From NCBI RefSeq assembly GCF_004010195.1, contig NC_057718.1, forward strand, positions 58,371,704 to 58,435,703: a DNA stretch of 64,000 bases. The letters are read 5' to 3'. Shown here one piece after another: positions 49,132 through 62,714 of this stretch. Each line of letters begins with the position of its first letter. Position 1 is the first letter of the stretch. Origin of the DNA: Chiloscyllium plagiosum (taxonomy: Eukaryota). A program made the position numbers and the translations under genes. The notes under the pieces were generated by a model. It was given only the letters and a program-made list of their open reading frames with translations, made no database searches and was not told the origin of the DNA.

Positions 49132-52100
49132 CTGAAATCCAAACAAAAGGGACTAATTGGGTTTTCTCCCTCTCCTCCTTCTTTCCAACATATTGCTAAC
49201 ATCTCAGAAGTAGAAACCAATAAAACTTATGAATTATGCTTACTGGCTAGACTTGTTTTGTGTATCGCAGAATAGTGCTGAAGCACATTCATTTCTCAGT
49301 ATTACTGCTTTTTTAAAATTGGGTCCCTTTAGGATTGCCAGTCCCACCTTTTGATTTCTTCCCCGCTGTGATTCCTGACTACATGATTTGTAACTTGGAT
49401 CCACTTAACCCTGTGTTATGCTAATCTTCACTTGCAATCTCTATTAAAATGAACCTTGTCAGTCAATACCTGGAGGGCCTTGGTACTCATTGTTCAGCTG
49501 CAGACAGCCGAGACCTGGCTTCGCTCTCCCCATGACAAAACGGGTGAGCCTGGGTTTCTCAACCAAAGCCATTGCTTGAAGTCAGGAAATCCTTCTAATT
49601 TTGAATTTCAATTTGTACTGGCACTTAAGTTCTTTCCTCACAATACTGAATTAAGTAACATAATATCTGTGCAATGAAAATTAGTTACTTGAGTTATGTC
49701 CACCTTCATTTTTTTTCTCTCTGCAATGGTAAAGTTCCTAGCCTATTTACCCAGAGATTGGAAGGCTGTGGGATGTGCAATCAGAGTTAGTGTTTGAAAT
49801 GAATACCCAGGTATGCAATTCTCTGGAAAGTCTTTGTGTAACTGTGGTATAAGAATAGTGCCAGAGGGTTTTTTAAAAACACAGATAATTCAATAGAACA
49901 GATTTACACCATTCATGGCTGTGATATGCAAATTTCCTCTTTGCTCTGCTGATATACATTTGCCGAATCCTTTGTCACTCATTTATGTTATACTATATAT
50001 TGAAAATCTCATAATTTCCATCTCCATTGTACTTAGCAAAATCAGATAATTGAACTGTAGATTATTTCCAGGATCAGATGAGTTTTGAAGAATTGTTACA
50101 TCTGAGGCTGCTGAGAGTTAGAACAACATTTGCTTATTGCTCAGGCTTGACAGTACTCACCAAGTGAAGTTCCAGAAGTGAATTTTAAATGACAAAGTGA
50201 CGACCGCCTGGTCATCCAAAATCTATGATCCCTTCCATTGTAAATGAGGCAATCTGTGGCTTCATGATCAGTGGAATTTAAGTCAGATTTCAAGTACTGC
50301 ATGTCGCAAAAATATCAGTGAATTTACAAGTGCATATTCTGAGTGAAAAATATGTATTGACATATTATTGCCTTAATTATTATCTTCAGGTCCAATCATT
50401 TAACCATTCTACATTTTTCAAGGACTCATTACAACAGAATGAACAATCAATTGATTATTCTAATAGTTCAATAAATCTGAGTCTGTTGGAATAATTTCTG
50501 TCATTGCATTCTTATCAAATATTTGTGCTACTAGGGCATATCAGGTGGAATCTTTAATTTCAATATTAAGACTGCAGCTGGTTTGATCGTTAAAGCACAA
50601 TGTTGTGACTTTTTGGCTATTTAAAAGGAAAGCAGATTTAGAAGAGCAATGATTCAGAAACAAAACAGTGCTTGTTCTCCACTGGATTAAGTTCCCTTGC
50701 ATGTTGTGACAGTATGTGATTATACTGGAGTGAAATGAATTAACATCCTTAAGAAACTAGTGGTTGTTTGTTTTTCAATTAAGAAATAATGAAATTTAAA
50801 TCTGGTCTCTTTCAATTATGTCATGCTCATGTCAGAGATTAATAGGTTTATCTGATGAGATGTTTCATGAACTGTAGCATATGGAGGGGCTATTTATAAA
50901 TGATCATTTCAGAGTTGCATAGTTTTAAGTAATCCATAACTTTGTTTTGTAATAGTATTCATGAATCAAGTATCCCTGTAAATTAATCTTAGAACAGTGA
51001 CAATCATTCAATCGTATTAAATTGGCTGTAAAGCACTTTGGGATGTCCAGTGATCATGCAAGTCACAACATAAATGCAAGTCTTTTATATTGTTAAATTT
51101 ATGTCAAATCAGCTTTTAAAATTTTGTTTGATTACATAGTTATATCGTTTTGAAATGCCTGAGTAGTTTCACACTCAATATTGGAGTGTCAAGGTGCAGT
51201 TCAGATCAAATCACTGTGAATAAACTAAGCCTTTTGAACCCTCAGCAGAGTATTTCAGTAACTTTCATGAACCCTGAATTACGGGCACATTGATTCATTT
51301 CCAGCTGCTGCTGCTTGATGTGCAGCAACGCAGGACCAACCATCTCTTCTTATTTAATTGATTTATGTTTGGATATTTTCTGCTCCTTACACTTTGAACT
51401 CTGGTTGAAAACACAAATAGACAACCAGGGAGACCTGTACAACCTCTGCTAATATCAGCCATTAAGGATGTTAAAAAGTGACATGGGGTCAGATGTTTGC
51501 ATTTTATTTTTAGGTGCCAGAATGAAAATGCCTAATGTTTGGAGGGTAAAATATTTCTACAAAGCAGCTCTTAAGTGCTTCTGACTCTAAAATTGATTAT
51601 ATTTCAAGCTAGAAATTAAGTGCAAGCAAATGCTGTTATTTACAAACATATCTGTGTAATTTTACGTGACTGAGCTTTTCCATTCCATTTTTAAAAATTT
51701 AGTGGAGTATTAGGGAAGATTGACCACATATTAGTTACATTTATACAGCCATGTTTGCACTGATGCAACATGATTCACACCAATGCAAAAGTGGCAGAAT
51801 AACTCCAAAGGCTGTCAGGCAAACTATATCCCGCTTGGGCAAATCTTCAGGAATGTGGCTTCCTACCAGTTTTAGATTCCAAAAGGACTGTGTTACTCTC
51901 TCTGAACTGCCCTTTCCTGTTTAATCAAGTTTTTTGCTGCTAAAAAAAGATCAGCGAAAAATACAAAGAGAGAGAGACTGAAAACAGAAAAGGCAAGTTC
52001 TAAGCCACTTCTGCCAGTGCAACTCATGAGCTAATTATTATGTCATTTACAAGACAAGAACCTACAACACAAACTTGCCACTATTGAATACACAAAACAA

Positions 52101-52334
52101 AAATCAAAACTTAAATCACATGTGTTCCTAGCTTGGTTCATGCCTGGAACCTATGACTGTGAAAGGAGACTGGGTTGGGCTGAGGGCTCACTGACTCTAA
52201 GTGACTCCCTGCTCGCTGTGGCAGAAAATTGCAGCCCTGATAAGATGTCATCAAGGGATAGCTGGCATCAACAAAAACAGGTTATGCCATTTTAATGGAT
52301 CACTTTCTGGACACCTATTTAAATCCCATGTTCT

Positions 52335-52590
52335 GTTGAGACTGTAGTCATAACCACACTACACTGGGGAGGCTTCAAATCCAGTTTTCTCCCATGGTCC
52401 AAAGTTGTGCAGATCGGCTAGATCAGCCATGCTAAAACTTGCCCTGTGGTGTGCAGGCTAGGGTGGAGTAGTCATGGTAAATGTGGGGGAGAGGAATAGG
52501 GTTCAGCCTCGATGAATGCTGTTCAGAAGACAAATTTGATGGGCTGGAAGGTCCTTTTTCTGCACAGTAGGGATTCTATGATTCTAGTTA
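52335..52590 (+). mobile_element. Decayed HE1-type SINE
   Basis: tccaaagttgtgcag...cagccatgctaaa...cacagtagggattctatgattcta. Confidence 0.65.
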
Positions 52591-52775
52591 GCTGAGTGAC
52601 TGAAAGGTATATAATCTGCTCAGAATTCCTCACACCCCACTGTCAGAAGCAAGTATATCCCTTGTTCTCTAAACAATGTGCTAAAATCATGTTAGAGGCA
52701 TTAAATTCTGCTCATGAACTCAAATCTAACAGAATGTTCCTGAAGGCATAGGAAAGTCATGCGACTGGTATATAA

Positions 52776-52993
52776 AGTGCAGAGAATGCTGGAGAAATTC
52801 AGCAGCTCTGACAGTATCTCTAGAGAGAGAAATTGAGTTAATGTTTTCAGTCTAGTATTCTTCTTCAGTTCAGTTCTGGAGAAGAGTCATATCAGACATG
52901 AAATGTTAATTCTAGATGCTGCTAGAGTTTCTTTCACGTTTCCTACTTACATATAAGATTTCTAACATCTGCAGTATTTTGCTTTTATTCAAA
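52776..52993. mobile_element. Older PLE-derived palindrome (different subfamily)
   Basis: Imperfect inverted arms centred at ~52870. Degenerate hammerhead ctggagaagagtc..gacatgaaatgtt. TSD tgg(t/c)atataa at 52766-52775 and 52994-53003. Confidence 0.65.
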
Positions 52994-54255
52994 TGGCATA
53001 TAATCCTGCAGCCACTATTAAATTCCAGTGAGCTCAGGCATTAATTGTGATAATTGGCTCAATAATGTGATCATAAGACAATAAACTAAGAGCAGAAATA
53101 GGCCATTCGGTCCATCGAGTCTTCTTTAGTGAGATCGTAATTGATCTGATAATCTTTAACTCTGCTTTCCTGCCTTTTCCCCATTACTCTTGACTTGATT
53201 CCCTGACTGATTAAGAATCTGTCTACCTCAGCCTTGGATTGACAACCTGGTGTGAGTGAACGAGTTCTCCCTTTTTCCGCCTCCAACTTGATCACGAAAA
53301 GATTCCTTGTCACCAGGAGAATGACATGTAGCCTCTCCTGCAATTCAGTGGATTTAGTCACCATGTTCCTCCTCATGACAGGCTGCACTGTATGTAAACC
53401 TACTTGTTTAAGAGGTGGCATATTGCTTGATCTCATGATATTCTGACTCAGCAGAAAGAATACTGTTAGTATATTCACTGGTGAGTTCATTTTGCTTTAG
53501 GGACAGCTTTTTGCCCAGAAATGTAATGTAATGGCATCATTGTGTTTTAATTGATACTTTCAGCAATCCAAGACCTTCATTCGATTGGTAGCAGAGGGTA
53601 CCAGAGGTACCAGAGAGAATAAGAAATTGGAAATATGGAGTGGAATAATATACTCATTAAAGTGAGTGATGACAATGGAACAGCTCCTACATTTTGCAGC
53701 CATAGCTAGTTTTGTGCTGTGAACCAACCCTAACCAGGAATTAATTTAAAACTGCTAAAACTGAGACGGCTGGCAGAACGATGCTTGGGCTTGATCCAGT
53801 CTCATATTCCAGAGGCAAAAGGTCAGTGTGCTAAGTCAATATGCCACTAAGACATCATTTCCCTCTAAGGGACAAAGTAGGAAGCAGAAATAGCATGTAA
53901 ACATGTCTTCACAGCCTTAGTTAGATACTACTGTCATTACAATATCGCCAAGTGTGGTTTTTTTTGAAAGCTTGCTTATTATGAAATTTTAACTCAGCTT
54001 GATGCAGCTTTTAAGCCATTTTTAAGCCATATATGGTTTTTAAGCTAATTTTTAATAAAATTATTGCCTTTTAAATCAATGGAATATGAACTTAGTTAGC
54101 TGTAATCAGTCCCTTTTGCTAACATCTGAGATTCCAACACTAAAAACCCGCAAAGGATGTATACTAAAATAAATGCAGGAATTCTAAATTAACCATAGCA
54201 GACAGGGAGACCAGAATTGAATGCAGTATTCCAAAAGTGGCCTAACCAATGTCCT

Positions 54256-54598
54256 AAGGTAAAAACAATGACTGCAGATGCTGGAAACCAGATTCTGGAT
54301 CAGTGGTGCTGGAAGAGGACAGCAGTTCAGGCAGCATCCAACGAGCAGCGAAATCGACGCTTCGGGCAAAAGCCCTTCATCAGGAATAAAGGCAGTGAGC
54401 TTGAAGCGTGGAGAGATAAGCTAGGGGAGGGTGGGGGTGGGGAGAGAGTAGCACAGAGTACAGTGGGTGAGTGGAGGAGGAGATGAAGGTGATAGGTCAG
54501 GGAGGAGAGGGTGGAGTGGATAGGTGGAAAAGGAGCTAGGCAGGTCGGACAAGTCATGGGGACAGTGCTGAGCTGGAAGTTTGAAACTAGGATGAGGT
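54256..54598 (-). mobile_element. PLE 3' fragment (same subfamily as 6362-7643)
   Basis: Homologous to 6362-6672. Hammerhead at 54356-54383 has GAAA changed to GAAG. Confidence 0.9.
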
Positions 54599-55361
54599 GC
54601 AGCTGTAACATGAGCTCCCAACTCCTATACTCAATTCACTGACCAATAAAGGCACGCATACCAAACACTTTCTTCACTATCCTATCCATCTGCGACTCCA
54701 GTTTCAAGGAACTTTGAACCTGCATTCCAAGGTCTCTTTGTTCAGCAACACTCCCAAGGACCTTATCATGAAGTGGATAAGGCCTGCCCTGATTTGCCTT
54801 TCCAAAATGCAACCCCTCACATTTATGTAAATTAAATTCCACCTGCCACTCCTCAGCTCATCAGCCCATCTGATCAAGGTCCTGTCTTTAGTTACTCACT
54901 TAAAAGCTTCAATTGGCCATCCTCGGCTTTTCCTGCAGTGACAAAGTACTGCTGCTCCGGAAAGTTCCAAATCGTGTTAGATAGAACACGATAGTTTTTG
55001 TTTTATACTCCAGTATCATCTGATCAAGGTACCACTGTACTCTGAATTAATGTTCACTGACCACCACACCACCAATTTTCGTGTCATCTGCAAACTTACT
55101 AACTATACCTCCTATGTTCATATCCAAACCATTTATATAAACAATGAAAAGCAGTGGACCCAGCACCGATCCTTGTGGCACACTGCTGGTCACAGGCCTC
55201 CAGTCTGAAAAGCAACCCTCCGCTACCACTCTCTGTCTCCTATTTTCAAGCCAGTTCTGTATTCAGATGGCTAGTTCTGTATACAGATTCCATGTGATCT
55301 AACTTTTCTAACCAGTCTAGCATTCGGAGCCTTGTCGAACATCTCACTAAAGTCCATTTAG

Positions 55362-55512
55362 CTCACTAAGCGAAAGTGAGGACTGCAGATGCTGGAGATC
55401 AGAGTCTAGATTAGAGTGGTGCTGGAAAAGCACAGCAGGTCAGGCAGCATCCAAGGAGCAGGAAAACCAATGTTTCGGACAAAAACCCTTCATCCTGATG
55501 AACCCTTCATAC
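55362..55512 (-). mobile_element. Short PLE terminal fragment
   Basis: gaaagtgaggactgcagatgctggag...cttcatc; TSD tccatttag at 55353-55361 and 55513-55521. Confidence 0.85.
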
Positions 55513-55703
55513 TCCATTTAGATTACATCCACTGCTCTGCCTTCATCAATCCTCTTTGTTACTTCAAAAATCTCAATAACGTTAGTGAGACATGATTTCC
55601 CACGCACTAAGCTAGGCTGACTGTCCATAATCAGTCCTTGCCTTTTCAAATGCATGTAAATCCTGTTCCCTACGATCCCCTCCAACAACTTGCCCACCAC
55701 TAA

Positions 55704-56145
55704 TACAAGGATGTTGCCACAACTGGAGGGTTTGAGCTATCAGGAGAAGCTGAATAGGCTGTGGACTTCTTCTCTGGAGCATCGAAGGCTGAGGGGTGAC
55801 CTTACAGAGAATTTGTATAATAACAAAGGGCATGGATAGGGTGAATATCCAAGATTGTTTTCCTAGGGTGGAGGAGTCTAAAACTAGAGGGCACAGTTTT
55901 AAGGTGAGAGGGGAAAGAGACTGAGGGGTAACTTTTTCAAATAGCACATGGTGTGTATTGGGAACAGGCTTCTTGAGCAAGTGGTAGAGGCGGGTACAGT
56001 TACAACATTTAAAAGATACCTGGATGGGCACATGAATAAGAAGGATTTAGAGGAATATGGGCCAAATGTTGGCAAATGGGATTAGGTCAGATTGAGATGT
56101 CTGGTTGGTGTGGATGAGTTGGACCGAGGGTCTGTTTCCATGCTG
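55704..56145 (+). mobile_element. CR1 3' end joined to the inverted fragment at 54203-55700
   Basis: tacaaggatgttgcc...ttggaccgagggtctgtttcc. Confidence 0.9.
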
Positions 56146-56169
56146 AATAGATAAACAGTCCATCTGTTT

Positions 56170-56435
56170 TGTAGAATAATGGGGAATAGTTTGTGATAGA
56201 CATAGGACAGATGTCAGAGGTGGTTTCTTTACTCAGAGAGTTGTAGGGGCGTGGATTGCACTGCCTGCAACAGTAGTAGACTCGCCAACTTTAAGGCTGT
56301 TTAAATAGTCGTTGGATTGACATATGGACAAAAACGGAATAGTGTAGGTTAGATGAGCTTCAGATTGGTTTCACAGGTCAGAACAACATCGAGGGCTGAA
56401 GGACCTGTCCTGCCCTGTAATGTTCAATGTTCTAT
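56170..56435 (+). mobile_element. CR1 3' end of the 17850-21302 family
   Basis: Homologous to 21060-21302 (ttctttactcagagag...cacaggtcag...tgttcta). Confidence 0.85.
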
Positions 56436-56834
56436 TTGCAGCTTTCTCCAGTTTTTAACTATTTAAGTAATGTTTTCTTTTGTTCTTTCTTCCAAAATGA
56501 ACAACTACACATTTTCCATTTGCCGAGTTTTGTCCACTTACTTATCCTATCAATATAACTGTCCCTCTTGTATTGTTAAGGTGGAATAGGCCACTGTACA
56601 ACTGAGCCCCCCTCATGCAGGCATTGAGTGAAGCATGAAGGAAGACACATAATTGCCAGTAGTTTGATTTGTTGCAATATTTGTGACTTTTTTCAGCATT
56701 TGAACTAAAATACAATGGGTTGATTATTTCAGATTAAATAGTTTCAGGCATGTCTTGGAAGTCCTGTGAAAGTCAATGTGATGTCCACACACACATGTTC
56801 ATTGGACCAGCAATAAATATCTTTTGGGAGCCAT

Positions 56835-57375
56835 GAGGGTTACCTCAGATTACAACAGGATCTGATGTTGTGAAACTTGAAAGGGTTCAGAAAAGATTTA
56901 CAAGGATGTTACCACGGTTGGAGAGTCTGAGCTACAGGGAGAGGCTGAACAGACTGGGGCTGTATTCTCTGGAGTGTCGGAGGCTGAGGGGTGACCTTAT
57001 AGAGGTTTACAAAATTATGAGGGGCATGGATAGGATAAATAGGCAAAGTCTTTTCCCTGGGGTAGGGGATTCCAGAGCTAGAGGGCATAGGTTTAGGGTG
57101 AGAGGGGAAAGATATAAAAAAGACCTAAGGGGCAACGTTTTCACGCATAGGGTGGTATGTGTATGGAATGAGCTGCCAGAGGAAATGGTGGAGGCTGGTA
57201 AACTAGCAACATTTAAGAGGCATGTGGATAGGTATATGAATAGGAAGGGTTTGGAGGGATATGGGCTGGGTGCTGGCAGGTGGGACTAGATTGGGTTGAG
57301 ATATCTGGTCAGCATGGATGGGTTGGACTGAAGGGTCTGTTTTCATGCTGTACATCTCTATGACTCTATGAATCT
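56835..57375 (+). mobile_element. HER1/CR1 3' end with internal deletion
   Basis: Open C-terminal frame 56870-57289 (LERVQKRFTRMLP...RLRGDLIEVYK); tail ctctatgactctatga. Confidence 0.93.
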
Positions 57376-58344
57376 AATGATCTTAGAAGCCGTTCCTGGT
57401 TCCTTGTTGTTACTGAACTGTCACTCTTTCGAGCATGTTCTGCAGGCCATGAGAAACTACTTGGGGCAGAATGAAGGGGCATGCGTAGTTTACTTCTTTG
57501 TTTTCTTGATATTACTCAAATGTATTAAAAGCTGCTCCATGACCGTTACATAGAAACATAAAGCAGAATCTTCCTAGCCGGAGAAAGATGGGAACATTGA
57601 GTGAGAGTGAGAGTGATGTCTTTCGCAATGTTGGGGGACAATGTCGCATTCGCCAAGCAAGGTCTGGATGCTGAGTTGCAATTCTCACCAGTGAGTGGTG
57701 AGAGAGTTATTAGTATGGATTAATGCTCGGTATCATCCTTATTATTATTTAATCTCACCACATCAACATTTAACCCCTCCCCCCCCATTCTCCCACTTGC
57801 TGGGTAGAAACTAAATGCTGAAAACTCCAATATGAAAGTCATAGCAGTTACCTGGTGACTCCAGCTCACTGCTGGCTTTTCTAGACCTCCATTTTTGACA
57901 CCCAGCAAGGGTACACTCCATGGGTAGCAGCTGCATGCAACCCATGTCCCTTGATGGTATCTAACATATATAAGATTCACTGCATCATAATGGTGCATGT
58001 CATCCACTTATAGTTCACTTCTGCAATTCAGTGCTGCACTTTGGGGTGCACTGACACCTTTCATTGCAGGGCTGTTGCAAGAAAACATGCATAGGGACAG
58101 GTGTCCAGTTTAAGAATTGGACCAGGCTGTATCTGAGGGCTGCTTGCTCCTATTTTAAGAAGACACTTACTTTGTGCTGACCTGGATGCCCACAATATCC
58201 ATGCCTTACCTTGCCTTGCATTGTCTTGCCTTTTGGTGATTTGCCCCACAGTCAAATATTAAAAATTCAAAGCACATCTATCTTGCCTTGATGTTTAGCA
58301 TTGACATAAATCCAAGCAGGTTTCATTATTGCCCACAGTGATCA

Positions 58345-58790
58345 GTCAAGAGCATGGACATAGAGACGTACAGCATGGAAACAGACCCTTCGGTCCATCC
58401 AGTCCATGCCGAACATAATTCCAAATTAAACCTGTCCTACCTGCCTGTTCCTGGCCCACATCCCTCTATACCTTTGCTATTCATGTATCTTTTGAAATGT
58501 CTTTTGAACATTGTAATTGTGTCTGCATCCACCACTTCCTCAGGAGGTTCATTCCACATGCAAACCGAACTCTATAAAAAATTTGCCTCTTATGTCCTTT
58601 TAAAATCTCTCTCCTCTCCCGTTAAGAATGTGCCCCATAGTCTTGAAATTCCCCACCTTAGGGAAAAGACAACTACCATCAACTCTACCTATACCTCCCA
58701 TTATTTTATAAACTTCTACAGGTCGCTCTCAACCTTCTACACTCTAGTGAAAACAACCCCAGTCTAATCAGCATTTCTTTATAACTTAAA
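58345..58790 (-). mobile_element. CR1 3' fragment
   Basis: catagagacgtacagcatggaaacagacccttcggtcc... Confidence 0.85.
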
Positions 58791-61221
58791 CTTTGCTGGG
58801 TATGGAAGGTTTGAGTTATGAAGAAAGACTGGTTAGCCTGGGAATATTTTCACTGGGGATATGGGGAACGTTACTATGTTAATCTCACACCTGCATTATG
58901 TAACAGTCGTTTACACATCAAACACACTGCATAACCATGCACCAAATGGTTGCATCTTAAAGTTAAAGGCTAATACTCTTCAGCCAAGTAAAGTTGGGCT
59001 GCTTTTAGTCAAGGAGTCACAGCATAGGTAGTCAAGGGCATTGTGTACTTATAGTCCAGGGATTTGGACACAATTAGTTATCCACTTGAGATGATCAGGA
59101 TCAGGGACTCCAGCTCACTTCAGCTCGAGAAGTGAATCACAGCGTGAGCAGCAGTTCAGTGCAAGCAGTCACAAGATTTATGGACCATCACTTGGGGATC
59201 TGTACAGAGAGTGGTGAGAGATCAAGTCAATCATCAGTTGCGGCTTTCTGTCACAAATCATTAGAACACCAAATATAACGTTTGAAGAAAACTCACATAT
59301 TCCAATTGAACAAGCGTTTCTTTTTTTAAAGTGATCGAATAGCTGATTACTTGTGTCTCCTAATTTTATTTGTGAAGTAGACTCTTTCTGAAATGTCTTT
59401 TATACTTAGAAGAATGATCTTCAGTATTTTTGTGGAATGAACATTATATTACAGTGGCTAGTTGTCAATCTAGGTGTATTTCCAATTGGCCCTTATATAA
59501 GAGCTCCTTGAAAATACTATGTAAATACAGAGCAATATTTGTTGCTTCTACCCTTGCAAGTGTCTCTGCAGCTAAGGTACTTTAATTTTTTTTCATGATT
59601 CCCAAACTAATGGACAATATTTACAATTTCTTTCCAATAAAATTGTCCTAATATACTTGAATAACCCTTGGAAAGATTATGAAACATTCCATTACATTTG
59701 ACTAATTTCTTTCCTTCGGTAGGTCCAGGCTAGAATTCTGATTTGACACTGTTCTACACTTTGTAAAATAATATGTCTAATTTGTTATCGGCACATCTCC
59801 AAATGTAGTATATTTTAACTTGGTGCTTAATTAGTACACAACATAGCATGCATCCAGCTTTGTTGTGTGGATAACTAGGTTAATTGCCTGGCTAAACTTG
59901 TCTACTAGTCTGCCTCTTCCTTAGTTTTAGAGTCTTCCTTTTCTGAGTATATGGCCTAATTTATTGGAAACCTATTGACATTGTGTAGTTAAGGCTATTC
60001 ATTTAGAGTCTAGTCTAATAGACTATCTAGTCTAATATATAAGCCTATAAAATGAAAAGCTCCTGAAGCCTGACTTCCAATTTTGAATTCTGCTTTACGA
60101 TAATGTTTTCAAATTCCCTCTTACCACCTTACAAAAAAAAAATCATTGATGAATGGTGCCAATAAAACATGGGTCTGCTTTAAACTGTAGAGAACCCCAT
60201 TTTGTGGGATGGACTTTACTGAGAAGAGGTAAACTTTGGAGGCATCATTTGAGCCATTGCCACATTCATTTAACTTCCAGGGTGTACCCAGTATGTTTAC
60301 TGCTTTTGGAAGGCAAAGAATATTTCCCTTTTGAGGTGATCTCTCTGGAAAAGTGCTGTTTTATATCAATTGATTTACATGTATTTGTTTCTAATAAAGA
60401 CAAGAAAATCTTCAGAATTATTCTTCTTGCTATCGGAAAATCTGCTTTTATATGTTAGTCTTTCTTGAAAACCTGTGCCATTATCCTGGCTTTGGCCTTA
60501 TGCATTTAGTAAGGAATCCCCATTTTAGTTCATGTATTACTATGTCACATGACTGTCAATCCGTATCTGGCATCTTTGTGCGCATCACACAAATTTGTAA
60601 TTCTTGCTGTTAGCAGCTTTTAATAAGTTAACACTTCCTGATCACATGTCTTGTGCTCTGATGGTATTCCTAATACATAATATATTTCTTGACCTTGTTA
60701 AACTGCACCTTCTATGGTGCTTTCTAACTTTTTTGTGGACTGCTACTGTTTGAGCTCCCATTCTTTTAAAAGACATCCGTTTAAAAAGTTCATGATCTCT
60801 TTCATGGGGCACGTTCATTCCTCTACCCAGTCTCTCAGCTTACACTGTATTTTCTCGACTTCAGGTTTTGTTGTTGATGTTCCCAATCCATGAGCCTAAC
60901 CGACTCCTTTAATACTGTACATTCAACCAGCTTTCAGACAGTTCTATTTCAATCAAGTACACACAATAGAATTCACCTACCTTCTAGCTGATTGTTCTTT
61001 CTGTATGTTTGAATAGGATTAATTAATTCTCAATATCTTCTTGCATTGTTACCTTTAACTCATAGGAATCCTATTAACAGAAGTAAATACTGACAAGGTG
61101 GATTTTTTTAAGGCTGGCTTGAATTCTCTAGGACTTCATAATACCTGTACTAAAAGCAAGTTGACCCTTCAGCCCTTACCTCTCATATCTTCTTAGCACC
61201 CTCACCAACTTTCCATATTTA

Positions 61222-61503
61222 TGGGCGGCAGAGACCCGGGTTCAATTCCCGCCTTAGGCGACTGACTGTGTGGAGTTTGCACATTCTCCCCGTGTCTGCG
61301 TGGGTTTCCTCCGGGTGCTCCGGTTTCCTCCCACAGTCCAAAGATGTGCAGGTCAGGTGAATTGGCCATGCTAAATTGCCCATAGTGTTAGGTAAGGGGT
61401 AGATGTAGGAGTATGGGTGGGTTGCGCTTCAGCGGGGCGGTGTGGATTTGTTGGGCCGAAGGGCCTGTTTCCACACTGTAAGTAATCTAATCTAATCTAA
61501 TCT
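61222..61503 (+). mobile_element. HE1 SINE lacking its A-box segment
   Basis: gggcggca|gagacccgggttcaattccc (B-box), full body and (taatc)n tail. Confidence 0.92.
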
Positions 61504-61787
61504 CCTCCATTGCCTCCATGCAAACTCATACCCCTCACCCAACCACTCATTGTATCCTACACCCTTCATGTTAAATCAATGCCAACCCAGCAAGTATCCA
61601 CTGTGGGCAGACTTCAGGAGTCATGTGCAGATGAATAACCCACCTGTCTAAAAATTTTAGGGATCTCTCACGCTGCATTTTTATTCATGAAAATAAACCT
61701 CAAATTCATAAACTTATTGAAAACTTCTAAATCTCAATTCACTGTTCCTTTTTTTAAAAAAAATCCATTCATAAGGGACTTAACCAT

Positions 61788-62516
61788 AGTTATGAAGGTG
61801 AATGTGTGTACTGTACCTTTTAAAAGAGAATGAAAGCTGTTTTGCACTGAGTTTGCAGGCACGTGTCATGTGACTGACTAGCAGTCTCAGAGTGTACTGG
61901 AAGATTGAAAATATGTAACATTTGGCTGTGAAATAAATACCTGAATTTTGGTTGCTATTTTTACAACAATTCAAATTGAACCATTCAGTTTAAATTATGC
62001 CCTAAAATACAAAAAAATCAATTTTGAATTCATTCTTTTACCAACATCGAATCAATGAGATGATCCGATGCTGGGGGTATAATGAAGCAGACATTTTGAC
62101 AGCTAGACAGAGAGACCAACTACCATCACCAGAGTAACTACTAGCAACACACTCACTATCAAAAGCACCTTTTCATATGAAACATCTTTGCAGCAAAGAC
62201 CGAAGATGAGCCAGAGAGATCCACAGCCAGAGGAAGACAGACACCAATGTGGTTTTGAAATTAAGTTGACACAATTTGAATATGGGTTTTTATCAGAGCA
62301 GTATATTGCTATAGAGTTGAAGGTTGACAATAAGTGGTTAAGAGAAAGGGGGCTTAGAGTTGTAAGTAGTTGTTGTTTAATGTTCACTTTTAGAGTTAAA
62401 GAATAAATTGAATTTTAAGTAGTGGAACTTGGGAATTCTCTGCCACTCATACTTTAACAGATTACGAGGCGAGGTAACCTTTAATTAGCAGAAAGGTTCA
62501 CCGCTGTGTCGTAACA
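61788..62516 (+). mobile_element. 5' LTR of Gypsy element
   Basis: Matches solo LTR 43702-44449; ends gtaaca, followed by PBS-like gtttgg. Confidence 0.85.
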
Positions 62517-62714
62517 GTTTGGTGTTTCAGGTCTGTGATTTGGACAGATTTAGACAGACCCAGTCTGAGATTGGGACAGATTTGAACAGATTTGAAAAGA
62601 TCCCAGCAGATATAAACCCTTGCCGATTCGTGCCCTAGATCTTTAAATAAAATTAAGTGAGACAATTTGTTTAACTTCGGTTACTTGTGGTTGGTTAAAT
62701 TAAAAGTGAGAGAT

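Larger units (their letters stand above)
54203..55700 (-). mobile_element. CR1 RT fragment with three nested insertions
   Basis: [41 protein letters not shown]. Confidence 0.92.
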
